Shown here: one piece after another, positions 50,417 to 62,193 of the stretch
How the letters are laid out: every line of letters begins with the position of its first letter
How positions within the stretch are numbered: the first letter of the stretch is position 1
Origin: Podarcis erhardii
Taxonomy: Eukaryota
Reading direction: 5' to 3' (one strand)
Assembly: GCA_964252035.1 (NCBI GenBank)
Contig: OZ176201.1
DNA: 64,000 nt
Position numbers and translations under genes: made by a program
Notes under the pieces: model-generated
Told to the model about the DNA's origin: nothing
What the model saw: the letters and a program-made list of their open reading frames with translations, nothing else
Databases searched by the model: none

Positions 50417-51039
50417 CTGGTTTAATTGTATCTATTTTTCCATTTTTCTGTGTGTTACAAGTCTGTGTTTAACTTGGTGTGTTTTCTTTTTCTTTTTGTA
50501 ACCTTTAAAACCTTAATAAATAAATATATATTTTTTAAAAAAGAAATTTTAATGTACAGTTTTAAATATTGTGTAAACTGCTCCAAGATGTTTGGACGAA
50601 GTAGGATATGAATCAAAGAAATAAAAAGGCACAGGTATAAAAGAAGCTGCAATTTGGAGTAATAGTATTGCAGTCAACTGACTTTATGCAAGAGTAGACC
50701 CACTGAAATTAATGACCATGATTCACTTCTATTAATTTAAAGGGTGTACTCTTAAGTGAAAATTATTTGAATTGTTTTGCTGCAATGGCTAATCCTCTGG
50801 AAATACAGAGTTGGTATTAGGATGGCAAGCCACTTGAATATTCTGTCTGAAGGACCATAGAAAAGTATGCAGATCTGGATGTTTAACTCTTCATAGATAC
50901 AGACATTCCAGCCTCTATTGCAATCCTTCTTCTGTTTCTCTCTTAAGGCCTGGTCTACACAAACAACAGATAAAATGCCAAACCCTTTTCTGGGCTGCAG
51001 CACTTCATGGTAGAGAGAACATGTTTAAATTTTTCACAC

Positions 51040-51042
<3 letters not shown>

Positions 51043-51074
<32 letters not shown>

Positions 51075-51079
51075 CGCGC
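51043..51079. repeat. (AG)14 followed by a (CG)4 compound microsatellite
   Basis: Directly visible. Confidence 0.9.
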
Positions 51080-51239
51080 AAAAGCATTACATAAAGAAAA
51101 TTAACGTGGAAAGGCTAAGTTTGAAGCCTTCTCCCTGACTTCAAGTTTTCTTTGTGTAGTGATGGTTCACTTGTAGCCTGAGGTGGTCCAGTTCAGGACC
51201 AGCCCTCTTGCTAGGGTATACCAACACTAGGGACAGGGC

Positions 51240-51690
51240 GAGATTGGTTTGGTTCACATATTAATGCAGAAGTATGTAATTTGCACTTCCCAAACCAATA
51301 CAGAAACGGAAACACAGCTATCCTCCAAAATCCACACTTTGTTGAATTCTGCAATACGGATCTCCCAACCTCAAAAAATGGGTACCAAAATAGAAAGAGC
51401 CTGTTAGGGAAAGGTCACACAAAGAATGCATATATTAGTTAAAATAAAGTACCTAAAAAGGATTATATAATGGGAAATGTCTTGCAAATATGCATGTATT
51501 GTGCAAAATGAATGCAAAAATGCATATACTAAACGTAATTGTGTACACTACAGAAATGCATATATTAGGAGACGGATTTTCATGTAGACTTCCCTTTTCT
51601 TTTCAAATTGCAACCTGATGTGCTGATAGAGAGACCTGCACCAAAGGCTGAAAAAATGAGAAACTAAAATTGACAGATTTGCCCATCTCA
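51240..51690. repeat. Unclassified old AT-rich interspersed repeat
   Basis: Same motifs as 25715-26048 and 30140-30880. Confidence 0.5.
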
Positions 51691-54600
51691 CTTAATACAC
51701 TTTAGGCAAGATCAGTTGTACTGAGACCACTGGAATCTGGCCTCTGGAAAGCAGCTTGAGACCCCCTTTGCACCTTCCTCCCACCCCCCCCCCCTTCTGC
51801 TGGCCTGCTGCTTTCTAATGCAGGGTGTGTCCCTTTATCCCCTGGGAGATGCTCCAAATTGAACCAGTTCCGGTTTGTTAAATGCCCCCCCCCTCTCTCT
51901 CTCTCTTCTGTGTGTGTGTGTTGGCCAGGCCAAAGCCCTTTTCATCTGCCCATATGTTGCTCTTCCTTCGCCTCCGGAGGGTGTGGGGACAGGGCTTGGC
52001 AATTATGCTTCAGAATATTTCTACCTTTTGTTTGAGAGTTGCAGCCAGGCAGGCATTTGTGTCAACTGAAAATACAGATGTTTGCCCACCATTCCTTCCT
52101 TAAAAAGCAGTCCCTTATCCCAGAGCGTCAGCTGATCAGCTAATGTCGTCTTGTTACCTCTCGGGCAACATAGTTTTATAACAATGCTGTTTCTGTCTCT
52201 CTTGAACAGGAATATTCCCTCTCCCCACTTCTCGACTTAAAAAACAAAACAAAAAACCACGCTGGAAAGAAACCACCATCTGCTGTTCTGTTTTTGTTTT
52301 TCCTCTCGCCCACACTCGCTTTTCTTCTTCCTCTTCTTCTTCAATGGAGCCTCCTTTTTTCCTTTTTTAAAGGATACAGCCAACTCTTGCCCTAAACCGC
52401 TGTTATTCTTTGGCTGATTCTAAAAAAGATAGGCAGCCTCGAGCAGATCTCAGATGCTGGTGGGAAGGAACTTGGTGACTGCATGACGTTCCATTTCCCG
52501 TTCACGCCAGAATGACAATAGTGGCTGGATCTTAACTTTGTTTGGAAAAGCTCCATGCATTGTAGTAATCAGCTGCCTAAGCTTCTGCAGAAAGTCTGAC
52601 TGAGATGGGTGCAAGGCCAATTCAGAAGAATGTGTCACCCACGCTGCTAAGGGCTGATTCACACGACCTCGGAAGCACATGGGGCAAAGCTACGTGGGCT
52701 CTGTTGCTTGGGTGCATGTGTCCTGCGGTATGAAGAGGTAATTGCTAGCTCAGGGGCTCAGTCTGAAGCCCCGAGGCTTCTTATTTGGCCCCCACAATAG
52801 CTCCCTTCTCAGTTATACGCCTCCTCCCCTTTCACTGCCCTCTGCTCCTTTTGTAAACAACTGCTTGCTTACTTATGTTTCAGAATGCTCTCTTGTTATG
52901 TAACAGTCTGAGTCTTCATCGCAATATTGAAGACACAGCATATGGGTTAACGCTGTAATTATATTCCTCATTCCAACAAATAATAAAAATAATATGTGCC
53001 AGTTTAGATCTAACTATTTTTGACCACATGTTCTCTGAACCCTTTGCAAGGTCGCTGTTTGGAGAACTCTCCCTCTCCCCCCCCCCCCCACCTTGCAACT
53101 GATACATGATTTTGCTCTAGTTGGCAAGCTCAGAACCAACTCCAAGATTACATTAGCAGCTCTCCCCCTCAGATAACTGGACAAGATCATTTGTGCACCA
53201 AAGGGTGTGAAATAAAACATGCAGTCATTCATCCAGGGAATCTTATAGCCTGCTTCCAAAACACATTCCCAAAATACATATGCATAAAGTCAGCATAGCA
53301 TTGCCAATACCATACAGGGATCATACACCGCATCTATTGTATAAATGTTTCTGCCTATGGGTATCCAAGTATCACTGGCACTGAACTTTGAAAAAGCTTT
53401 ATGAGATTGGAGCTGATGATACTTGTCTGAACTTTATTCCAGACCCATCTCCATTAATGTTCCAGATCCTACCTTCTAGATCTCTTTCCCATTTCCCCCT
53501 TGCATAGAATTGCTTCATCTGTTGCCCTGATTCAGCAGTAAATAATATATTTTTTCAGTTTATACTTTTGACTTTTTTTGCATCTTAGACTGCAATCTTA
53601 TACACACTCATTTGGGAGTAGTTGCCTTTGAATGCAGTGGGGCTTCCTTCTAAAAAGAAATGCATAGGTCTGTACCGTTTACATTTCACATTTAGATCTT
53701 GGCCTTAGCCCTGCATATTTTGATTTCTTTACTACACCACATCTCATTTCTCACCACATTGGTCTTGTGAGGTAGGATATTTCTGTTCCATCTTACGTGA
53801 TAGGAACGTAGTATGACGTGTTGAAGATGGCCTCCCAGGTAATCCACGACCAGGTTAAGTGTTGAACCCAGCTCAGTTCCAGAATCGTGACACCGTGTGG
53901 GTGCCAAATTCCTTGTTTTGGTGCCACCACCACCCCAGCCTTGCAACAAACATAGTTTGGGCTTGAGGGCATGTTGCCATAGCAACTGCCCCCTTTAGGC
54001 CTACAGTGCTGATAAGGGCCTTTGCAGGAGTCTCACAGGACTCTGAATGCTTATTTCCTGCTTTCAGCAAAGAGATATTGTGTGTGCGTACATGGGGAGG
54101 CAGGGAGTGTGTGCCTGCCATTGCCACAAAAGGTGTCCCACAACATGAGGCCCACTTTAGAACACGGCAAGAGAATGAATAATAGTATGACTCCATCCCG
54201 CCATTCTTAATCAGGAGTTCCAAGGAAGGCTTTCCAACCATTATTTCTGGTCTACTAGATCCTCCTTTAGGGCAAGAACATGGGAACTTCAATCTGTTTC
54301 TCTCACAAGAGGCCTTCTAGAAAGGAATGTGGCCAAGATCTAGCAGTGCTTAACACAGGCTGCCAGTTCATAGGGTCATTTTTGCAAGCCTATCAATGGC
54401 TGGACACTTCATCTGAGATTTACTGGCTGACTAGCATTCCTGAATCAAAGCCAAGAAGCACAATCTGGCTTGCCCAAGTTATCTCCACAATCTGAAAAGG
54501 GAACCTATTCTGCCCACCCACCCGGAGCCCGCCCAGGTGCCTGCAGGTGCTGCCTCTGGCATCCATTTCATGTGGTGGCAAGGCAGAAAGACTCTTTAAG

Positions 54601-57600
54601 CTAAAAATCTGGCATGCTTACCCAGAATGCCTTGCTTCTCCTCCCAGCCCCAATTCTATCAGTTCAGGAAATAAGTGACAGCACCATTCCGTGTCTGCGG
54701 TTGATGAACCACAGGAAGTTGGTTTAGACAGGAAACATAAGTCTTTGTGAAGCAGTGAGACTTTGCATAAATGAAATTACCTCTTAGCACCACAGCGACT
54801 TCGTTAGTAAAGCTAAGGTGCCTCTAAGCGTGGCCAGGTGTGAGGAGATGGCAAGCACCGGGTGTGCATGACAGAGCTAGCCAGAATGCACTTCAGACGT
54901 GCATTAAAAGTATGGCATTTCTTTGTTGGAGAAGGAAACCACAAAATTCAGATGACTGCAAATGTCAAAGGATGGCTGTGTTTTGGTTTGCATATTGTTT
55001 CAGAAGGTGTGGATCTGATAGATTTGGCTTTAAATTTCTCCTCCATCCCTACTTGATAGGAAGAGGCTTCCTTCGTTCCTCCTGGGTTGAGGTCAGATGC
55101 CTCTTCAGCTGCTGCTCAGGATGGGATGAATGAGGCCTTTGGAGGGTCATGAGGGGGCCAGACAGGCTTTTGTTTCTGGTTGTCCCAAGTGTATGTCCAG
55201 GACCAGATGGCCCCTTTTGAAGGCTCCTTTTCCGTTCTCATTGCCAACAGGTCATATTTGGTTTCTCGTGCCTGCCAGGTTCTAACCAGGACTCCTGGAG
55301 ATGTTTAGTCAGAGTCAGCGTGCAGCTGAAAATCTAGAGGAAGAAGAAATACTTAACATTTCTCCAGCAGTACAGTGTGTTTCACTTACGTTGTCTCAGG
55401 AATCCTTTCAACAGTTGTGTACAATAGGCCACAATCAGCCTATTTACAAATAGCAAACTTAATTCTCCAACTGCTAACCCTTGGCCAGAATGGCACCATC
55501 CACAAACTACAGGAGGGGAAACCTCAGATTTGCAGAATCCCAAGGTTTGCAGAAGTACAAAAAACACTTTTTGGGGGAGACCCTGTAATGAGGACTAAGC
55601 ATGCTCACAAAGTGCTTAGTGACTTGACGGTGGAAGGGAGGGTTGAGAAATACTCGGCCCTGCAGTGTTTTGGTCCCAGTTGTCATTCTGTGTGTGTGTG
55701 TTTCAGAGAGAGAGAAGCATTATACTCTTAAGCATTATACTAGAACATGGGGTAAGTAAGTCTTACCATGCTCAGTAGAATTGGAAGCACATAATACTAA
55801 GGGTGTCTTCAGACTGTCAGTATTTTATGGGAGTGATTCGGTTGAATGCCAGAACTTTAGGTTTATGCATCAACATGCTCTTTAAATCAATCAATCAATC
55901 AATCCACTTTAAATAAGCAAACAAAAACCTGGACTTCTTGCAGTTTGGAAAGTGATGAGGAAGTACATTGAAAAATGTTGAATGAATGAATAGCTAATGA
56001 GAAAATGTATAATCCGGATGAAAAACTCATTGTAGTGTAACTGCTCTGCAAACAAACAAAAGCAAATTCTCAATAAAGACTGCATATAAACGCAGCCCTG
56101 CATAGGCTTTGTGAAAGCAAATCTGGATGAAAGCTCCACATAGAGGTCATTTGGAGGGTCCCTAAGGACAACTCTTTCAAAGGGCGGCAACATTGCAACT
56201 CTCTGGCTCCATCTTTTGGCCAAACACAACCCCCCGCAAATGTTGGGCCCGTGGCCCAAAAGATTATGTGGTGAGGGGACATAAGAACTTACTGCTGAGG
56301 GGACAGGGCATCACACATCAATGTGAAATTGCATAAACAAAAGTACTAGTGTTCTGATATGTTTGAATCTTCGTTAATTCATTAAATATTTGTAATAAAA
56401 TAAAACAAAATGTAGCACTTGGCTGCAGGAATTCCACCCTCAGTTTCTGTCAGTGGCGGAGCTGCCACAAAATGTTGCAGTGGGGCCTGCCCTCCCCTAC
56501 TCCCTTCTCCCAATTAACCTCCGTCTCCAGGGTCCACCCCCATGACATCACCAGGGACCACCCCTAGGTTTCAGGTTTGGGCCCTGAAATCTCAGGGGCT
56601 GGGATGCTTCTGACCAACAGTGGAGATAAAACCAACCAAGTTGGTGGCCGTCTAGTATTACTCTTCATCAGGGAAAGCATAGCCCCCCCAACCCTGTTGT
56701 CCACAACCCACAGTCTTTGGTACCACGAGTGGCAAGCGCCTTATTGGATCCATTGAGGGTATCTAACTGGCTTGTGCCACCCCTGGCAAATTCCTGCAGC
56801 CCTAGGAAGCATATCCCTTGGGTAGGGCCAAGAGCTGAGTCACCAGTGGCTGCTACTGCACCTGGCACAGCTGCTTGGGCCTCTCCTCCCCATTCCCTCT
56901 AAATTCACAGCGCAGGACAGTTGTGGGTTGGGAACAGGATAGTGGAGTACTAGAAATGATTAAGACCAGATGGCACACATGCCAGAGCTGCAAAGGAAGG
57001 GGTGTGCCTCTTATTTCCCCCCTCAAAGTTTATTCTTCGACTAAGTTAGCCTTGATGGTTTGGAATTGGCATGATTTCTTAAAAAGTAATGGGCATAGTC
57101 CCTGGGCACCCGCTAGGTGGGGATTTGGGCCCTGCAACCCATTTGATGTTGAGACCCCTGCAATGCACAGCCGTGCCTCCTCCGTTACCGGCATGGGGAG
57201 AAGTAAGAAAGGTTTCCATAGCTGGCAGCTGCAGAGGCCGAAGGGGCTTTGTTGAGAGCAATTTGGAGGAATGCAATGTGGGCCCTTTGCCTTCTCGTGG
57301 TTGCTCTCGTCACTTCTGATTCCTTCCCTGCTAGAACAAAAGTGACTTTGTTGAGACTCCCGTCCTCCTTGCATTTCCAAGGAGTCAGAGAGTGAGTGAG
57401 TCAGAGTCTGCGGGCTTTTCAGTCTGGCAGGTAGCCTGCCTTTTCTGAGTAGAGCTGGCCCCGTTATGAATCAGTTCTGGGTGTGTGTATAGATGGTACC
57501 CTGGACTGGGCGGAAGCAGGAATGGTAGGAAGGAATAAATGTGTGCACGTTCATTGTCTAAAGGGCAAGTTTGTGAATGGTGCAAGAAAATGCATGGGGA

Positions 57601-57824
57601 TGTGCATGAATGGGAACAGGAATAAATGGTGTGCTTATTTTTTTCCTATGCCACCTTTTGTACCTAACAACAAGGAGATGTGTAAAACCTAGGAGCAATC
57701 CATTGACAAAAATAAGACTAAAACGGCAGACACTAAGTCAATGGCAGGTAGTTAAAAGAAACCAGGTGGTATAAAAAACCAGCAAAGGCATCAGAGAACA
57801 AATGTCTTTTCAGCAAGGACCAAA

Positions 57825-58090
57825 ATTACATTAAGGTAGGTGCTTCCCTCAGTTCACAGGGGAGGTGGTTCCACAGAAAGGGCGCCACCACTGAAAAGGC
57901 CCTTCCTCTGGGCACCACTAGGTGCAGGTTGTGGTATGACCAGAAAGGCCCTGTCTGACTGTCTTAATGCAGGGGGCAAGCTGATATTCAGAATGGTACT
58001 CCTTCAGCCAAGCTCATCCCAAGTTATTTAGGGTTTCATAGGTCAAAAGCAACCCATTAAATCTGGCTTGGTGGCATATTGGCAGCCGCT
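57825..58090 (-). mobile_element. Decayed L2-like fragment
   Basis: gggaggtggttccacagaaagggcgccaccactgaaaaggccc resembles the L2 copies above. Confidence 0.55.
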
Positions 58091-58209
58091 AACTGCTACG
58101 GACCTGCTCCTTTGCGGGGAGCGAAACCCTCTCTAGGGTAACCAGACATCCCATTTCCCAGACCCAGGAACCACCTAGCCTCTAGACTTCTATCTTGTTG
58201 GCTCTCAGT

Positions 58210-58340
58210 NNNNNNNNNNNNNNNNNNNNNNNNNNNNNNNNNNNNNNNNNNNNNNNNNNNNNNNNNNNNNNNNNNNNNNNNNNNNNNNNNNNNNNNNNNN
58301 NNNNNNNNNNNNNNNNNNNNNNNNNNNNNNNNNNNNNNNN
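58210..58340. other. Assembly gap (131 N)
   Basis: N run. Confidence 1.
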
Positions 58341-60730
58341 ATTAGTGTGATTGGGACAAGATTATATTCTGTATGATGGCAATGTGGGGATGAGTGTGTG
58401 TGTGCGACTGGCTCATGTTCTCCCGTATGAAGAGAACATTAGAGCAGGCTTCTAGAAAGTGGGTTGCAAGAATTTTCAGATGGGCATATTCCCCTCCGCC
58501 CCAGTTGAACAAGTTCCAGACTTTGAAGAACTGTGTTTGTTAAACCCATTATAACATGACGCAACTTTTCATTTTATTTAATTTTCCTGTGTAACCTGAG
58601 ACCTTTCTTTACCCGTCCTCTCTGTTATTGCATTAAAGCACTCTCCTGGGGCTGGAAACCAGCACCGTATTATCTGTTGGTGTACACTCACAGCCTTCTC
58701 CACTTAGATCAGCAAATTCTCATCTTCCTCTAGATTACCAGTGGGGAGGCTGAGGCACAATGCCTCCAGAGGCGATGTTTTCAGAAAGCTGTACTGTGGA
58801 ACTGCCTGCCACAAGGAAATAGTCATGGTGAAATATTTAGCAGTTTCCCCAAAAGGGATTGATTAGATATCCACAGAAAATGAAGCCGGTGATTGCCAAA
58901 CCATTATACCAAACTCATAACAGAACTGGGTGAAACTCATCTCATAATATGAGGGCTTGATTAAGGTGAGGCATTGACACAGACAGGCGGTTCTCTGCCT
59001 GTGGGTTTCTGGCATCCCTTGAAAGCATCATATACACTGATCTCCTTTGTTGGCATATTCCATCTGGCAATTCTCATACGTGTTGTTCAAGAGTTTTCCT
59101 TTTCCTTCTTCCCCTTTTCATATAGGGCAAGGGAGGTGGGTTAAGGGGAAAGCCTGAATTAGAAATGCCATGTGAATAGTTCATTCAATTAAAAAGGCAA
59201 TGTGATGTTTTGATCTCTTTAGGGGTGGTGGTGGGGAGAATACTAGATAGTAGTTGATTATTATTTTTTTAATGCCCAGAAACAAGAACTATGCATGAGA
59301 CATTTGGGGCTGGAGCCACTGAGGAGCACATAACCCACTTATTCTTGGGGTTTCTGCATTAACAACAGTTTTGAGCCTAGAGCAGTGACGACCCTCCCCT
59401 GAAAGTGGGCAATTCTACTGCACCTCTGCACTGGAATCCAGTGACACCCATCAGATTTATTCATGGTGGAGGCTAATTTGGAGGAAGCAAGTCCAGAAAA
59501 GTGAATCATTTGGAGATGTAACAGGCGGCCTTCTCTGCAGATGGCATTTTGGGCTCACAGGAGACTTGAACGATGTTCATTCATTCGTTCACCAGTTCAT
59601 CCATAGCATGCTAGCAGCTTTCTTGTAGCAAACAGGTTCCACCTTGACCACTGTTGGCAACGAACCACAGGCAAAAAGGGCTGAAAGCCACACGTCTTGG
59701 TTGATAATTGAAATCTCCTGCTGGACTGGAGTGACAGCTCTGCCCAGGAAGCAATGCAGGAAATGCTTATTTCCCAAAATGCTTATTTCCCAGCTACCTT
59801 GCAGTGCTTTGACAACATCCTACCTCCTCACAGTAGAACCCAAATTGAAGTTCATGTGGTTTCAAATCCAGGTCTTCTTGCCTGAAGGGCAGAGTGGGGG
59901 GTGCTGCAGCCTTTAGCTCTTCACGGCTTTATTATACCCAGAAGCTGCTCCTAGTATCAGTTTTCAGTGTGAAGCTCTGGAACAGGGTTGTTCTGGTAGC
60001 TGAGGGCACCACAACCCATTCATGATTGTATTGGAGTGAGTCATGTTTGGTTTTATTTTTAGAGATTTCTTAAATTTCCTGCAAATGAATACTTCCTTGG
60101 CTTGGTAGAGGAGATATTGCAGGCACATTGTACTGCTTTTATAGTCCAAAAGTGGCACACATGCTTTCAAAAAAGCTATAAATAAATGTCCTAATTTCCT
60201 CCTTGTATGAAGGAGACGTGGTGGCTCTTCTCTTTTTCCTTACTCTCTTGAATTTCTTACTGCAGTACAGGGAAATACTATTGAGCATGCCTGAGTCTTT
60301 TACCAAAAAGTGAGCAGCGTTATAAACTCCTAGACTGGCTGGTACAGGGTTGGAGGAGAGGCAAGGACCTGGAATGAGGCAAGGACCTGGAAGGGCTCAG
60401 CCTTCCTGGCTTTCAAATTTAATTACAAGGAGTAACTCCCCTGGCTACCAGCCTGTGCCTATGGCAAGGGGGAGTCGTGCTTCATCTAGATGTTATCAAG
60501 GATGGAGCAAAGCGAGAGACATAGAAAAATCACTGTATTTCTGTATAGGGTTGCTGAGTACCTTGGTCTTCATCTGGTGTGTCACCCCAGAGAGGGAAGC
60601 AGAAAGGAAAGGATAAAGACAGAGAGGAGGAGAGGAAGACACATGTAGGCTAAAGGATATAAAAGCATGATTTATTTATTTTTGCTGCATTCCTCTTCAT
60701 CAGGAGCGGGTAATCTTTTGGGCACAAGTG

Positions 60731-60923
60731 TAGCGGTGCCATATTTCAAAAAGTAAAATCCAGGACATCCCGAAAGTTGTTGAGTTCCTTTCCTTTCAAA
60801 AAGGCCAAAAAAACTGTGATTTTTTTTATTGACTTGCCTAAGATCCAGGACAAAGCGCCACATTTCGAAAATTCCCCCCGGATGTCAATTCCACCTTTGA
60901 AATCCAGATGTATGGCAGCCCTA
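60731..60923. mobile_element. hAT (Tip100-like) MITE
   Basis: Termini tagcggtgccata / tatggcagcccta, TSD cacaagtg/cacaaggg (7/8). Confidence 0.7.
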
Positions 60924-61159
60924 CACAAGGGAAACCTTTGCAGCCTTGGCTAACCTTCTGAGGGCCACTAGTGGGTGTGGCCACCTCTCATGCACATTCT
61001 CACATGCACACCCAGTCAGTACACAGATGGCCGCACAGAACACACAGAGTGGGGTTACTAGCCCCTCCCCATTAATCAAAGGGTTGATTTGATGATCAAG
61101 CAGAGAGGGCAATGTGCATGCCCATCAGTGGACTGGGATGTGCCCACCTCAGCACTGTG

Positions 61160-61291
61160 NNNNNNNNNNNNNNNNNNNNNNNNNNNNNNNNNNNNNNNNN
61201 NNNNNNNNNNNNNNNNNNNNNNNNNNNNNNNNNNNNNNNNNNNNNNNNNNNNNNNNNNNNNNNNNNNNNNNNNNNNNNNNNNNNNNNNNNN
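61160..61291. other. Assembly gap (132 N)
   Basis: N run. Confidence 1.
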
Positions 61292-61743
61292 AGCTATCCC
61301 TTGCTATAAAGTCTAACCTGAGAGAAAGTCTCATTGAACTCAGGGACACCTCATTCTGAGTAGGCAAGCTTAAGATTGCATTGTAAATTTGGATCCATGT
61401 TGCACCTTTGAAATTAAAGGAGGGCCGTTTCTTGAAAAGGCCATTGGTTCATTTCAGTAATTTTATTCCTGGGTTTGGCATGTTTTTGATTAAAATACTG
61501 GACACTAAGACAAGTCAGTAGATTATTGTGCTGTCCAGACCAGACCAGACCAGTTTGTAGCCTGACCCATCATCCCCAAGTCAGCACATTGCTGAATGTA
61601 ACCAATATGCTCCTTGACAATCACATGTCTTGCCTACAATTTCTCTTGAAAGAGGAAGTCCTTCCATGCTTCCCAGAATGTATTCCATGGAAGCAGTCCA
61701 AGAACTCCATCCACACCACCTGTCTCTCTGTTCCTCTTCTTAG

Positions 61744-61827
61744 AGCTCCATGAACCTCCCTCCTGACAAGGCTCGTCTCCTCCGACAATATGACAACGAG
61801 AAGAAATGGGACCTCATTTGTGACCAG
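61744..61827 (+). CDS. FMNL3: Formin-like protein 3, coding exon 2 (GTPase-binding domain)
   Basis: [28 protein letters not shown], flanked by ttcttag| and cag|gtaagg, 84 nt, phase 0/0. The SSM and KWDL residues match FMNL3 rather than FMNL1 or FMNL2, as recalled. Confidence 0.96.
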
Positions 61828-61841
61828 GTAAGGTGGGGCTG

Positions 61842-62193
61842 GGGATGTGGGTGGCGCTGTGGTCTAAACCACAGAGCCTAGGGCTTGCCGACCAGAAGGT
61901 CAGCGGTTCGAATCCCTGCGACGGGGTGAGCTCCCGTTGCTTAGTCCCAGCTCCTGCCAACCTAGCAGTTCGAAAACACATCAAAGTGCAAGTAGATAAA
62001 TAGGTACCGCTCCGGCGAGAAGGTAAACGGCATTTCTGTGCGCTGTTCTGGTTCACCAGAGGCAGCTTAGTCATGCTGGCCACGTGACCCAGAAGCTGTA
62101 CGCCGGCTCCCTCAGCCAATAAAGCGAGATAAGCGCCGCAACCCCACAGAGTCGGTCACGACTAGACCTAATGGTCAGGGGTCCCTTTACCTT
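61842..62193 (+). mobile_element. Sauria SINE immediately downstream of the exon 2 donor
   Basis: 13-bp TSD taaggtggggctg at 61829-41 and 62194-206. Box A/B-like motifs are intact. Confidence 0.93.

Larger units (their letters stand above)
48079..50542 (+). mobile_element. L1-like 3' end (48079-48320 plus 50424-50542) interrupted by two later insertions
   Basis: T-rich 3' UTR, AATAAA and A-rich tail ending at 50542. 22-bp TSD gaaattttaatgtacagtttta at 48007-28 and 50543-64; cut site ctt/gaaa resembles the L1 TT/AAAA consensus. Confidence 0.7.
11826..61743 (+). other. FMNL3: FMNL3 intron 1 (~49.9 kb)
   Basis: GT at 11826. Polypyrimidine tract and ...ttcttag at 61743. Exon 1 and exon 2 join in frame. 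Confidence 0.9.

Noticed and set aside
58095-58740. Possible LTR-like segment
   Set aside because: Interrupted by an assembly gap, and the flanks do not form a TSD
60685-60720. CTGATGA motif on the - strand (also + strand at about 6817) as further hammerheads
   Set aside because: No stem II, GAAA or stem I arrangement follows the motif
15651-62193. tRNA genes suggested by box A/B motifs (tggcgctgtgg, ggttcgaatcc)
   Set aside because: All are SINE heads; no cloverleaf could be built
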